A stretch of 37,263 nucleotides of DNA from Novosphingobium sp. (lineage in GTDB: Bacteria; Pseudomonadota; Alphaproteobacteria; Sphingomonadales; Sphingomonadaceae). Location: the NCBI GenBank assembly GCA_043732365.1, contig JAYTHT010000210.1, positions 1 to 37,263 of the forward strand, given 5' to 3'. Position 1 is the first letter of the stretch. Every line of letters begins with the position of its first letter. The notes under the pieces were generated by a model, which ran no database searches, had not been told where the DNA came from, and saw only the letters and a list, made by a program, of their open reading frames with translations. The translations under genes were made by a program, and so were the position numbers. Positions 7,674 to 16,180 of the stretch are shown here, piece by piece.

Positions 7674-9341
7674 TCAGGCGGGCGGCAACAACCGCGCCAA
7701 CAGGCTGTCGCCATTCCCCACGTCTGTCGCGGCAAGCAGTCGCGCTGCATCGGCGCCGGCTTTCATCGCGGGCATCGCCGCCAAAGTCTGGGCCGTGGCC
7801 GCTTGCTCGGTACGCGCCTTGCGCAGCGCAGCGACTTCGCGCGCAGGGCGGATCAAACGAGCCGGCGCCCCCGCGCGATAGCCATATTCATCAACGGCCT
7901 CGTCAAAGTCGATTTTGTCCAGCGCATCGGGATGAACCGCAGCCAGGTTCCCGACAAAACCGACCACGCGCTCAATCTGGCCGAGCCCGACCATCCGCTG
8001 CATCTGCTGCAGGATCGACACGAATTCGACATTGAGCTGTTTGTCCGACAGTGCGGCCGGAACCGGCGGTAGAAACCCGCCCCGGCGCAAAATGCCAAAT
8101 GCGCGCTCGATTGCAACTTGCAGCTTTTCATTGGCGACACGCTCGATCACGGGGCCCAACTGGGTCAGCTTTTCCTCATTGCGTGCGGCGATTTCCTCGA
8201 CCGTGCGCGGCTGGATCCCGGCCATATTGGTGATCGCGTTGAACAGATCGGCAAACGCCAGGGAATCAATCTGTTGCCGGCACTTGTCCATTTCCTGGCC
8301 GATTGCGGCGACCGCCTGATACGGCATCTGATACGGGATAAATATCTGATCGCGGTCAACGCCGGTCGCAACCACCACGCGCCCCGGTTCCCCGGTCAGG
8401 CGCACATTGGGCGGCGCGATTTTTTCGGGTTTGACCATCTGGTCGATCGCTTCATTTCGGCGCTTGGCCTGCATCTGCAATTCGCGCAAACTGGGCAACG
8501 CCTCCATGCCTGGCGAAACACCATACGTATCGCCGCCGACAACGTCCCAGCGCGGCGCCCAGAACGGTTGTTCGCTATACCCTGACAGGCGCAGCAAAGT
8601 GTCCGACCGATCGCACGGATCCCAATAAATCGATCGCCACGGCTTGGCGCCAAACTTCATCGGATCGTAATTCGGATCGGGCTCGATCGCGTGATAAATC
8701 TCGATCGGCAGTTCGTACTGGCTGCGATCGTACAGCCCGCGGATAACCGGAGAACAGGCATCGCCAAACGTCTCGATCGCCTGCTTCACACTCATCGGGC
8801 ACACCCGGTACAGTGTGTCGGGGACCAGCGCGTCGGACAGCCCGATCCAGTATTCGCCAAAAGTCAGCGCGTGGCACACGGCGCCTGCGACTGGATGCTC
8901 GACCATCACGCACGCTTCGGTGCCGAACAGCCCCATCTCGCCATAGCCCGATTTGGCCGCAGCATAAAAATTGATCGACCCGAAAAAGGCATACAGTCGC
9001 CGTTCCACATCCGACAGCCAGGCGCGCACGCCATTGGCCTCCATCATCGCTGCATCGGCCAGGTTCAGCGTGAACCAGGGCCGCGATGCGCTCGACAGCC
9101 CGCTGGTCATGCCATTGGTCAACGTGCGAAACGCCTCGATCCCATGCGGATCGAACAGTGTCTTGTTCCACATCCGGCGGCGTCCACCGTTCTGGTCTTT
9201 ACTGCCGCGCAGAAACCGCGATCGCGCCGGCTGCGCAAACCGCGCAATCTGCTCGGTCTCTGACTCGTAATCGGTGCGTACGGATTTCATCAGCGCCAGC
9301 CGCGCTTCGCAGTGGCTGCGGATATCTGCGTTTGCGGTCAT
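7674..9341 (-). CDS. Portal (head-tail connector) protein, 555 aa
   Basis: GMTSGLSSASRPWFTL, GLFGT, PRWDVVGGDTYGVSPG and TVEEIAARNEEKLTQLGPVIER motifs. GAGGAG RBS. Confidence 0.92.
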   Translation of the reverse strand: MTANADIRSHCEARLALMKSVRTDYESETEQIARFAQPARSRFLRGSKDQNGGRRRMWNKTLFDPHGIEAFRTLTNGMTSGLSSASRPWFTLNLADAAMMEANGVRAWLSDVERRLYAFFGSINFYAAAKSGYGEMGLFGTEACVMVEHPVAGAVCHALTFGEYWIGLSDALVPDTLYRVCPMSVKQAIETFGDACSPVIRGLYDRSQYELPIEIYHAIEPDPNYDPMKFGAKPWRSIYWDPCDRSDTLLRLSGYSEQPFWAPRWDVVGGDTYGVSPGMEALPSLRELQMQAKRRNEAIDQMVKPEKIAPPNVRLTGEPGRVVVATGVDRDQIFIPYQMPYQAVAAIGQEMDKCRQQIDSLAFADLFNAITNMAGIQPRTVEEIAARNEEKLTQLGPVIERVANEKLQVAIERAFGILRRGGFLPPVPAALSDKQLNVEFVSILQQMQRMVGLGQIERVVGFVGNLAAVHPDALDKIDFDEAVDEYGYRAGAPARLIRPAREVAALRKARTEQAATAQTLAAMPAMKAGADAARLLAATDVGNGDSLLARLLPPA

Positions 9342-9354
9342 TCGATTGCGCTCC

Positions 9355-9537
9355 TCAACCCAGCGTGGGCTTGGCGACGCTCGGTGATCCGAGCACGCCT
9401 TGTGGCCCTGTGACCATGCCGGCCAGAACGGTTCGTTGCCAAGCTTCGGGATCAACGGGTCCTGCAGGCGCACCCTGATCGGGCAATTGTACTGGTTGTC
9501 GAACCGGAATTGTCGGGATCGTCGGGGTGCTGCACAT
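9355..9537 (-). CDS. Small virion protein, 60 aa (MC-start, precedes portal)
   Basis: MCSTPTIP...TGPQGV...KPTLG. AGGAGG RBS; typical position before the portal. Confidence 0.7.
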   Translation of the reverse strand: MCSTPTIPTIPVRQPVQLPDQGAPAGPVDPEAWQRTVLAGMVTGPQGVLGSPSVAKPTLG

Positions 9538-9645
9538 CGTCGCCTCCTGTGGTTGACGATTTCTGCCTAGACGCGTGGCGAACCGGTTTGGATCGCGACA
9601 CGGCCGATTTTTCGACTTTGCGAAACGAAGTTTCGGGTCAGCCAC

Positions 9646-11160
9646 TCAGTCCAGCTCGGTATATCGATCGTCGTCACGCATCGCCGCTACCCGATCGGGA
9701 TCGAGCCAGTTCGGCACGCTGCGCGGCAACACAACCTCGGCAAAAGTACAGGCAAGTGCATCGGCCCAGTCGGGGCTGGGCAGGCCACGCCGCTTCATAT
9801 CGACTTTGCGTTCCAGGCGCACCCGCGTGTCATCGGCCGCAAAACCATACGTCGGCCCGGCCAGATCATCGCGCAATCTCGGCACGTCCGGAATGGCCCC
9901 GCGCCGCAACCAGGCGCGCATCCGCGTCCAGATTTCGGCCCGCTTGTTCGCGGTGTGCACCGCAATTCCGGGCTCCAGCTCGGCATCGCGGCCCTGACCG
10001 CCAAACCAGACTTCGATTACTGGCACGTCGCCGACCAGTTGGCGCAACCGGTCAACAATGGCGGCGCCGATATTGCCGGCATCGACCATGATCGCATCGG
10101 GTTGCCAGCGTTGCGCGGCGACCGCGATGTCCCCTGCCAATTGCATCGCATCGGTGGCGCGCCACGACTGCCAGGCCCGCGATCGCGCGTCATTGCCGCA
10201 ACGGATCGCCAACACACTTTCATCATCGCCATACCGGGCGCAATCGACGCCAAACACGACCGGCTCGCCGCCTGCCATGACCGGAATGGCGCGCGTCAAG
10301 GCTCCTTCAATATCCCGCTGGCCAATGAATTGCATATCGCTGGACGACGGAAACTGACCGCGTACGCGCACCCGGGCGACATTCGAATCCTCGCCAAATG
10401 TGCGCACCAGCTCATCGAGATAGGCCTTATTGGTGCCCTCGACATCGCGCGCATCGATCTGCGCCGTGTGCCACAGCGCACGATGGCGACCAAAACATTC
10501 GCGAAACGCACCGCTGGCATGCGTTGGATTACCAAATGCCAGCCAGATAATTTCAGTATCGGCATCGGTCAGCGCGCCCAGCGCAACTTCCCACACTTTG
10601 TCGGCAATGCCGGACGCCTCATCGAACACGAGCATGATCCGCTTGCCCTGGTTATGCAGCCCGGCAAACGCCTCGGTGTTGTTCTCGCTCCAGGTTACAA
10701 GATCGCAACGCCATGATTTTTCGCGCCCCGCCATCGTCGAATTCATAGCCGTCGCGCTTTGGCGAAACCACGCCGATGTCAGCGACAGCCGTGACCATTT
10801 GCCCAATTCAGGCGCCGTTTTGGTGCGCAACTGCGCCTCGGTGTTGGCGGTTATAATCACCCGGGTATCGGGGCACGTGTCGAGCGCCCACTTGGTCAAC
10901 ATCGCGATCAGCGCCGACTTGCCAATCCCGTGGCCCGACGCGCGGGCGATCCGCAACGGCTGAAACCGCCGCGCCGGATCGGATAAATGCTCGTGGATTT
11001 CCGCCATGACCGCTTGCTGCCAGTCGCGTGGCCCGGTCATGCCCGCCAAATCGCTTTCGCCCCACGCAAACGCATAATGGGCATACCCCAGTGGATCGGC
11101 CGTAAACGCGCCAATGTCATCTGCCAGCGTCAGCACCGGATCGGTCGCGGCACTATCCAT
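9646..11160 (-). CDS. terL: Terminase large subunit
   Basis: Walker A ASGHGIGKS, Walker B LVFDEAS, coupling FGNPT, nuclease GVDCARYGDD and SPDWADAL. ATG 11160 overlaps the upstream stop by 8 nt. Confidence 0.93.
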   Translation of the reverse strand: MDSAATDPVLTLADDIGAFTADPLGYAHYAFAWGESDLAGMTGPRDWQQAVMAEIHEHLSDPARRFQPLRIARASGHGIGKSALIAMLTKWALDTCPDTRVIITANTEAQLRTKTAPELGKWSRLSLTSAWFRQSATAMNSTMAGREKSWRCDLVTWSENNTEAFAGLHNQGKRIMLVFDEASGIADKVWEVALGALTDADTEIIWLAFGNPTHASGAFRECFGRHRALWHTAQIDARDVEGTNKAYLDELVRTFGEDSNVARVRVRGQFPSSSDMQFIGQRDIEGALTRAIPVMAGGEPVVFGVDCARYGDDESVLAIRCGNDARSRAWQSWRATDAMQLAGDIAVAAQRWQPDAIMVDAGNIGAAIVDRLRQLVGDVPVIEVWFGGQGRDAELEPGIAVHTANKRAEIWTRMRAWLRRGAIPDVPRLRDDLAGPTYGFAADDTRVRLERKVDMKRRGLPSPDWADALACTFAEVVLPRSVPNWLDPDRVAAMRDDDRYTELD

Positions 11161-11578
11161 CTGCGGGCGTAGTTTTTGGGTCCGTTGCGCCATCGGTTTT
11201 GCCAGCTTTCCCATGTGTTGCATCGCGGTGTCGATGCACGCGCAGACGGGCACGTTGGATCGCGGCTACCGCATCTCCAGCGCTCGAAAATTCAAAATCC
11301 TGGCGCGGTTTTCCCCACGCGCGATCAAGCACGGCATTGGCCGCACTGACGCGAGCGGTAGCGGGCGCATCGCTATTGCCCATGATCGCAACCAGCGTCG
11401 CCAGCGCATCGCCGGTATGCGCACGCGCCATCGCCGCATCGCCGCGACCTTGACTTGGTAAAGGTCGCGGCGTCGGTGGCAGAGCTGCGGTTTTGCACGG
11501 TCGCGGTGTGGCAGCAGCTGTGGTCGGAGCACGCTTGGGCGCGACTGCGGGTTTACCCGCCGGTTCAGCGCGCGGCAT
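11153..11578 (-). CDS. Terminase small subunit-like protein
   Basis: ARAHTGDALATLVAIM...ARVSAANAVLDRAWGKPRQ helical core, immediately upstream of terL. Start uncertain. Confidence 0.65.
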   Translation of the reverse strand: MPRAEPAGKPAVAPKRAPTTAAATPRPCKTAALPPTPRPLPSQGRGDAAMARAHTGDALATLVAIMGNSDAPATARVSAANAVLDRAWGKPRQDFEFSSAGDAVAAIQRARLRVHRHRDATHGKAGKTDGATDPKTTPADG

Positions 11579-12005
11579 AAGGCTTGCGATCACTTGGCAA
11601 ACCCATGGCGGATGCGGACCGCGCGCCGCGCCGCACCAACGGCCGGTCAGCATGCATCGACGGATGGCGTGCAGTCCGCTTGCCGGTCGCCACGATTTCG
11701 ACCAGACGAAACCGCTGAAACCGGCTAACCCGGATCAGGCCCCGGCTTTCCAGTTTGCGCACCAATTTTGGCCCCATAGAGCTTGAATTGAACCCGGCTG
11801 CGACCTCGATATCGATATTGACCGGGCAGGGACGCCCGGTTTCGGCGGCGTGGTTGATCAATTGATAGGCGATCCGTTCCGCCGTGCCGAGTTCATCGGC
11901 ATGGACGTGGGGCGGCATGGGCAGGATGACTTGGCCGCATGCGGCTTCGTCGTCCCAGAACGCGTCGAGACAATCGCTTGCCTGCTTCATGGGGGCCTGT
12001 TTCAT
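11565..12005 (-). CDS. Winged-helix DNA-binding protein resembling a LexA N-terminal domain (no peptidase domain)
   Basis: ERIAYQLINHAAETGRPCPVNIDIEVAAGFNSSSMGPKLVRKLESRGLIRV parallels the LexA DBD pattern. GGAG RBS before ATG 12005. Confidence 0.65.
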   Translation of the reverse strand: MKQAPMKQASDCLDAFWDDEAACGQVILPMPPHVHADELGTAERIAYQLINHAAETGRPCPVNIDIEVAAGFNSSSMGPKLVRKLESRGLIRVSRFQRFRLVEIVATGKRTARHPSMHADRPLVRRGARSASAMGLPSDRKPYAAR

Positions 12006-12243
12006 AAACGGTGCAATCTCCCAAATGTGGCGCTTGGTCTGGTAAGGGGGCAAAAGGCGGTGGGGCGCCACGATGACACACCCACCGCCAGGGTTTGCAA
12101 ACGCCGCTGGGGGACGCGCTCGTTCGCATATGCAGCCGGGCCGGCGATCGATTTGCCAGCGTCGCCACCGTCACTCACCAGGGGGCGCCTTGTGGGGAAG
12201 GGGGCGACTCGGTGGTCTGGACTGCATGAGAACGAGCTATCGC

Positions 12244-12321
12244 ATAATCTGATTATCCGATATATAAATCGATACGAAAATGGATACAATTCGCTTTTCA
12301 GATTAACCTTAATCTGATAAT
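12244..12321. promoter_or_regulatory. Putative repressor operators
   Basis: Palindromes ATAATC-T-GATTAT (12244-12256) and TCAGATTAA-CC-TTAATCTGA (12298-12317) share the core TAATCTGA. Confidence 0.65.
12261..12289 (-). promoter_or_regulatory. Putative sigma70 promoter for the phage operon
   Basis: TTGTAT-N17-TATATA on the minus strand in an AT-rich gap. Confidence 0.5.
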
Positions 12322-12354
12322 GCAATGAAACACATTTCCAACAGGGGCCGCTCA

Positions 12355-13017
12355 ATGCGCGCTTTCGATGCCATTCTCGTGCGCCAGGCTATGAAGGCGC
12401 GCTCAATCAGCCAGTCCGATCTGGCCCATGCGCTTGGCTTTACCAGCCAATCTGCGGTGTCTGCGCTGCTCGCAGGAAAGCGCCGTGTCACAGTCGATGA
12501 AGCTGCGGCGATTTATGATTTGCTCGGGCTGGGCGGGTCTGTGCAGGCCACACCGTCGTCAGCCTTTACATTTTCGTCGTTTGAACCGGCTTCTGCGCGT
12601 CTTCGCGAATCCGTTATTGCTGATGACGCGCGCGATTACGGCATTGTTCCGGTCATCGGCATCGCCGGTGCAGGGCGCTGGCGCGAAGCGGTCGAAGTGC
12701 CGCTGGGGCATATGCCCGTCCCTGGCCGCATGGCCGGGCGTGGCGTATTCGGCATAGAAGTCAACGGCGATTCGATGGATCAATTGATTGAAGACGGCGG
12801 CTTGATCCTGGTCGATCCGGGTCAAAAAGAATTGTTCCCCGGCGGCGTTTATCTGATTGCCAACAGCGGCGGCGAAGCGACGGTCAAACGGTACCGCCGC
12901 GAACCCGCTCGTTTCGAACCCTGTTCCAGCAATCCGATGCACCAGTCCTTCTTGATCAGCGACGATGATTTTTCGGTTCTTGGCAAAGTCGTGTGGAAAA
13001 GCGCACCAGTTGCCTGA
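12355..13017 (+). CDS. CI/LexA-type repressor (Cro/C1 HTH + S24 peptidase)
   Basis: SQSDLAHALGFTSQSAVSALLAGKRR HTH, Ala-Gly site (IAGAG), GDSM Ser and TVKR Lys. Alternative start at 12325. Confidence 0.9.
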   Translation: MRAFDAILVRQAMKARSISQSDLAHALGFTSQSAVSALLAGKRRVTVDEAAAIYDLLGLGGSVQATPSSAFTFSSFEPASARLRESVIADDARDYGIVPVIGIAGAGRWREAVEVPLGHMPVPGRMAGRGVFGIEVNGDSMDQLIEDGGLILVDPGQKELFPGGVYLIANSGGEATVKRYRREPARFEPCSSNPMHQSFLISDDDFSVLGKVVWKSAPVA

Positions 13018-13106
13018 CTGCGATCGAGCCCAAACAGACGCGATTGAAATAATCTGAATTTCGGATATTTCTTGTGGTGATTTGCTACAAGAGAGATATC
13101 AGATCC

Positions 13107-13487
13107 ATGCTGCCCCCATTGTTGTCCTATCCTTGCCGCAATTGGCATCAGTCATCGCCCGCACGCGCTTTGCTTGACCAACTGGCCCCGACTGATCTGC
13201 GCCTGGCTTTGGCTCGCGGCTGCCCTGGCCCTGATGGCCTCGTCTGGTACCCTGCCGGCCAATTTGGTGCTGCGACCTTCGAAGCGCTGGGGGTATTGCG
13301 TGAAACGGCGATAGGCCCGGCATTTGCGATGGCCCGCGACGATTACGCCCGCGCCGCCGCGCTGGCCGTGGCGCAACGCGCGCCCAGCGTGGTAGGCGCG
13401 ATCGCAGCGCGTTTCGGTGATCCGGATCGGTGGCTTGGCTATGACGTGATCGATGCGACCCGTCGTTTCCGCGCAAATTACCAGTAA
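13107..13487 (+). CDS. Hypothetical protein
   Basis: 126-aa ORF filling the gap. Preceded by TTGAAA and a copy of the operator core ATAATCTGA (13049-13057). Confidence 0.5.
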   Translation: MLPPLLSYPCRNWHQSSPARALLDQLAPTDLRLALARGCPGPDGLVWYPAGQFGAATFEALGVLRETAIGPAFAMARDDYARAAALAVAQRAPSVVGAIAARFGDPDRWLGYDVIDATRRFRANYQ

Positions 13488-13570
13488 TTTACGCGGTCAA
13501 AGGAGTGATTTAAGTGGTCAAAGGAGCGATTTACACGATCAATGCATTGATTTACCGGATCAAAGGAAAG
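13487..13570. repeat. 4x 21-bp imperfect tandem repeat
   Basis: ATTTACGCGGTCAAAGGAGTG / ATTTAAGTGGTCAAAGGAGCG / ATTTACACGATCAATGCATTG / ATTTACCGGATCAAAGGAAAG. Confidence 0.85.
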
Positions 13571-14012
13571 TCCGCGCCAGACCGATAATGCCCATCAGAA
13601 CCAGCGCCCCCCCGATGCGCCTGCGCCAGTTCCGCGCCCGGTGTGTCGCGCCCCGCCGACGTGGTTTTGGCCTGATCAGTTTGCCAGGGCCCCGTCCATT
13701 GAATGTCAGTGTGCCGCAGATAATCAGGATGCCGCTGATCACCGCGACGATGATTGGACCAACGCTCGTCGGATCGGATATAGGATGCGGTGCGCAAAGT
13801 GGAGAGACCGGCGCGTGGACGCGTGCGCTGACATGACCGCATTCGTCGTCAACACGCGCTAGTGGCGCACGTTCGATCACCTGGCCCGCCATATCACGCT
13901 GTACGATGTGAACCGCTGGCTGGGTCGCGCCAGCCAATGGGGTGCCATCTGAGACCGCTCTATCCGGGCTTGGTGGCGCAGTCGCGGTTTGGGTTTCCAC
14001 AGGACTTTGCAT
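13560..14012 (-). CDS. Hypothetical membrane protein (two predicted TM segments)
   Basis: Hydrophobic stretches VGPIIVAVISGILIICGTLTF and IGGALVLMGIIGLA flank a basic loop. Confidence 0.5.
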   Translation of the reverse strand: MQSPVETQTATAPPSPDRAVSDGTPLAGATQPAVHIVQRDMAGQVIERAPLARVDDECGHVSARVHAPVSPLCAPHPISDPTSVGPIIVAVISGILIICGTLTFNGRGPGKLIRPKPRRRGATHRARNWRRRIGGALVLMGIIGLARTFL

Positions 14013-14254
14013 CGCTCGGCGGTCTCATTTGGGCAAGGCGGGGAATGAAGACGCATCTTGATGAAGCGGCCGATAGCACGCAATCGCGCTGTGCAAGTGC
14101 ACAATGTCCAACTGGGACGAGTCAACCCGGGAAGGGGGTGAACCGGGACGGGTCGAGTTGGGATCATCATGCCGGGCGATGTTAACCTTGCGCAATGCTA
14201 TCCGCCCGCAGCGAACTGGCATTTGTCACGCGTCTGGCGTAGCTACCGGCGGTC

Positions 14255-15424
14255 ATGTCCGAAACGAACCCGCCCCCCCCGACTCACAGCCCGACGGGCC
14301 AGCCCCAAACCAGCGAGCCGATCCAGCCTCCCGGCACATTTATGCGCAACCGCGCAGACCCATGGACGCCGGGTCAGCGCCGCGCGGGGTTGGTTGCCCT
14401 CGCGCTGTTCGCTTTGCTCGGGTTGTGGACGCTGCGGGTGTTCCTCCCGGCGATTGGCTGGGCGCTGATCCTGGCAATCTCGCTGTGGCCTTGGCGCAAT
14501 CGGGCAGTGGCATTCTGGCCCGCCGGCGCTGGTTTTACCTGGCCCGCGCTATTCACGCTGACCGTGGCGCTGTTCTTCGTGATACCATTGCTGATGGTGG
14601 CGCAAGCGGTCGCGCTGGACGGACGGTTTGCTTTGCAATGGGTCATCGATGTCCGCTCCCACGGCCTGCCTGCGCCCGATTTTGTCGCGCATCTGCCCGC
14701 TGGCCCGGCAATTGCGGCCTGGTGGCAGGCGCATCTGGCCACGCCGCAGGCTTTCGGCAATTTGCACCTGCCCGGCGAGACCGGCAGATCCCCGTTTGGA
14801 GAAGGGCAGCACCTGATCGGTCTGGTACTGCATCGGCTCGTGATTGCGGTATTCCTGTTGCTGATACTGTTCTTCCTGCTGCGCGATGGCGAACGCGTCG
14901 GGGACAGCTTGTGCACGGGGTGTGAACGCTTGTTCGGCCGGGCCGGGGTCAATGTCGCGATGCAGGCGCTGCGCGCGGTGCGCGGTACAGTCAACGGGCT
15001 CGTCGTCGTCGGGTTTGGAGAGGGTGTTTTGCTTGGTCTGGTCTACGGCCTGTGCGGCGCGCCCCACGCCGCGCTGCTTGGACTGCTCACCGGCTTGCTC
15101 TCGGTTATTCCGCTCGGCTCCGTCATCGCTGCGGCGGTTGCAGCAGGCTTGCTCGCCGCTGCAGGACATATGGCTGCGGCCGTCGTGGTCGCAGTCGTTG
15201 CGGCCGTGGTGATTTTCATAGCCGACCACTTTGTGCGGCCGGTAATGATCGGCGATGCTACTAAATTGCCCTTCCTGGTCGTCCTGCTGGGCATCCTCGG
15301 CGGCATAGAGGCGTGGGGGCTGATCGGGCTGGTCGTCGGGCCGGCGCTGATGGCAGTGCTGATGCTGTTGTGGCGCGAATGGATCGGATCCCAAAAGGGC
15401 CCGCTCAATCCTCCTGCCGCGTAA
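14255..15424 (+). CDS. AI-2E family transporter
   Basis: Multi-TM protein with LFFLLRDG, DHFVRP and GILGG..WGLIGLVVGP motifs. Confidence 0.88.
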   Translation: MSETNPPPPTHSPTGQPQTSEPIQPPGTFMRNRADPWTPGQRRAGLVALALFALLGLWTLRVFLPAIGWALILAISLWPWRNRAVAFWPAGAGFTWPALFTLTVALFFVIPLLMVAQAVALDGRFALQWVIDVRSHGLPAPDFVAHLPAGPAIAAWWQAHLATPQAFGNLHLPGETGRSPFGEGQHLIGLVLHRLVIAVFLLLILFFLLRDGERVGDSLCTGCERLFGRAGVNVAMQALRAVRGTVNGLVVVGFGEGVLLGLVYGLCGAPHAALLGLLTGLLSVIPLGSVIAAAVAAGLLAAAGHMAAAVVVAVVAAVVIFIADHFVRPVMIGDATKLPFLVVLLGILGGIEAWGLIGLVVGPALMAVLMLLWREWIGSQKGPLNPPAA

Positions 15425-15465
15425 GCGACGGACTTTACGGGCAACCTTCCGCGTAAGCGGTGATT

Positions 15466-16095
15466 TTAAAGGGGGCGGAGCCCGGACACGAAAATATGCG
15501 CGGCGTGCCGGGCCTGCCGTTCGATCTCGGTCGCGTCCGGCGCGGGCAAAAGTCCGACCGAAAAACGCAAGTGCTGATCACCGCGCAACATGCCCAGAAA
15601 CTGGCTTGCCGCCAGCACCGTGTCATCGCACGCGATCTGCCCGGCAACTTGAAAGCGCTCGAGCGTGGCGCGCAATTCTTCAACCACAGCATTAGGCCCA
15701 GACCGGAAAAATGCCTGCCCCAATTCGGGGAAGCGCATGCCTTCGCTCTGGATCAAGCGATGCACATCGAGTGAAACGGTTTCATAGATCTTGGTCAAAA
15801 AGGCCGCGCCAAACGCGGTAAGCAGCGATTCGAGGTCATCTTCATCACTACTGCGCAAATCACGCAAAGGCGCCAGAACTCGCTCGCACAACCAACGCAT
15901 GACCGATTCAAACAAATGTTCTTTCGACGGGAAGTATTTGTAAAGTGTGGCTTTTGATCCACCGACCCGCTTGGCAATTGTCGACATCGAACTTGCGCTA
16001 TACCCCTCTTGCGCAAACACTTCTGCCGCGACGGCGATGATGTGATCGCGCCTCTCATCGGGGTTGGAGCGGAACAATCTACACTTAGTGACCAT
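15466..16095 (-). CDS. TetR/AcrR family regulator
   Basis: AAEVFAQEGYSASSMSTIAKRVGGSKATLYKYFPSKEHLF HTH; divergent from the efflux operon. Confidence 0.92.
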   Translation of the reverse strand: MVTKCRLFRSNPDERRDHIIAVAAEVFAQEGYSASSMSTIAKRVGGSKATLYKYFPSKEHLFESVMRWLCERVLAPLRDLRSSDEDDLESLLTAFGAAFLTKIYETVSLDVHRLIQSEGMRFPELGQAFFRSGPNAVVEELRATLERFQVAGQIACDDTVLAASQFLGMLRGDQHLRFSVGLLPAPDATEIERQARHAAHIFVSGLRPL

Positions 16096-16164
16096 TGTGT
16101 ACAGATAGGAGTTGACAGCCACGGGTCAAGCATGTGATTTCGCTAGTGACCGATCCGTACAGAT
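16086..16164. promoter_or_regulatory. Divergent promoter region with two TAGTGACC-N5-GTACAGAT putative TetR operators
   Basis: Copies at 16086-16106 and 16144-16164 flank TTGACA (+, 16112) and TTGACC (-, 16129). Confidence 0.65.
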
Positions 16165-16180
16165 CCCGAGCGGAGCCCTG

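Larger units (their letters stand above)
1..13487 (-). mobile_element. Podovirus-like virion/packaging gene cluster with adjacent CI/LexA-type repressor (cryptic prophage or GTA-like element); extends beyond the left edge
   Basis: Gene order TerS-TerL-portal-scaffold-MCP-cement-tail A-tail B-gp13-like-ejection proteins, all on the minus strand with overlapping start/stop codons. Divergent S24 repressor. No integrase or att site seen; right boundary approximate. Confidence 0.85.

Noticed and set aside
11893-12355. Minus-strand ORFs as a possible cro
   Set aside because: No HTH pattern or RBS, and they overlap other genes or operators.
13487-13570. CRISPR array
   Set aside because: Contiguous tandem units without unique spacers; no cas genes.
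13018-14254. Integrase, att site or tRNA at the element boundary
   Set aside because: No recombinase motifs or tRNA-like sequence recognised. An att repeat cannot be tested without the other end.
16112-16129. TTGAC-N8-GTCAA as an FNR/FixK box
   Set aside because: Spacing and bases differ from TTGAT-N4-ATCAA; better explained as opposed -35 hexamers.
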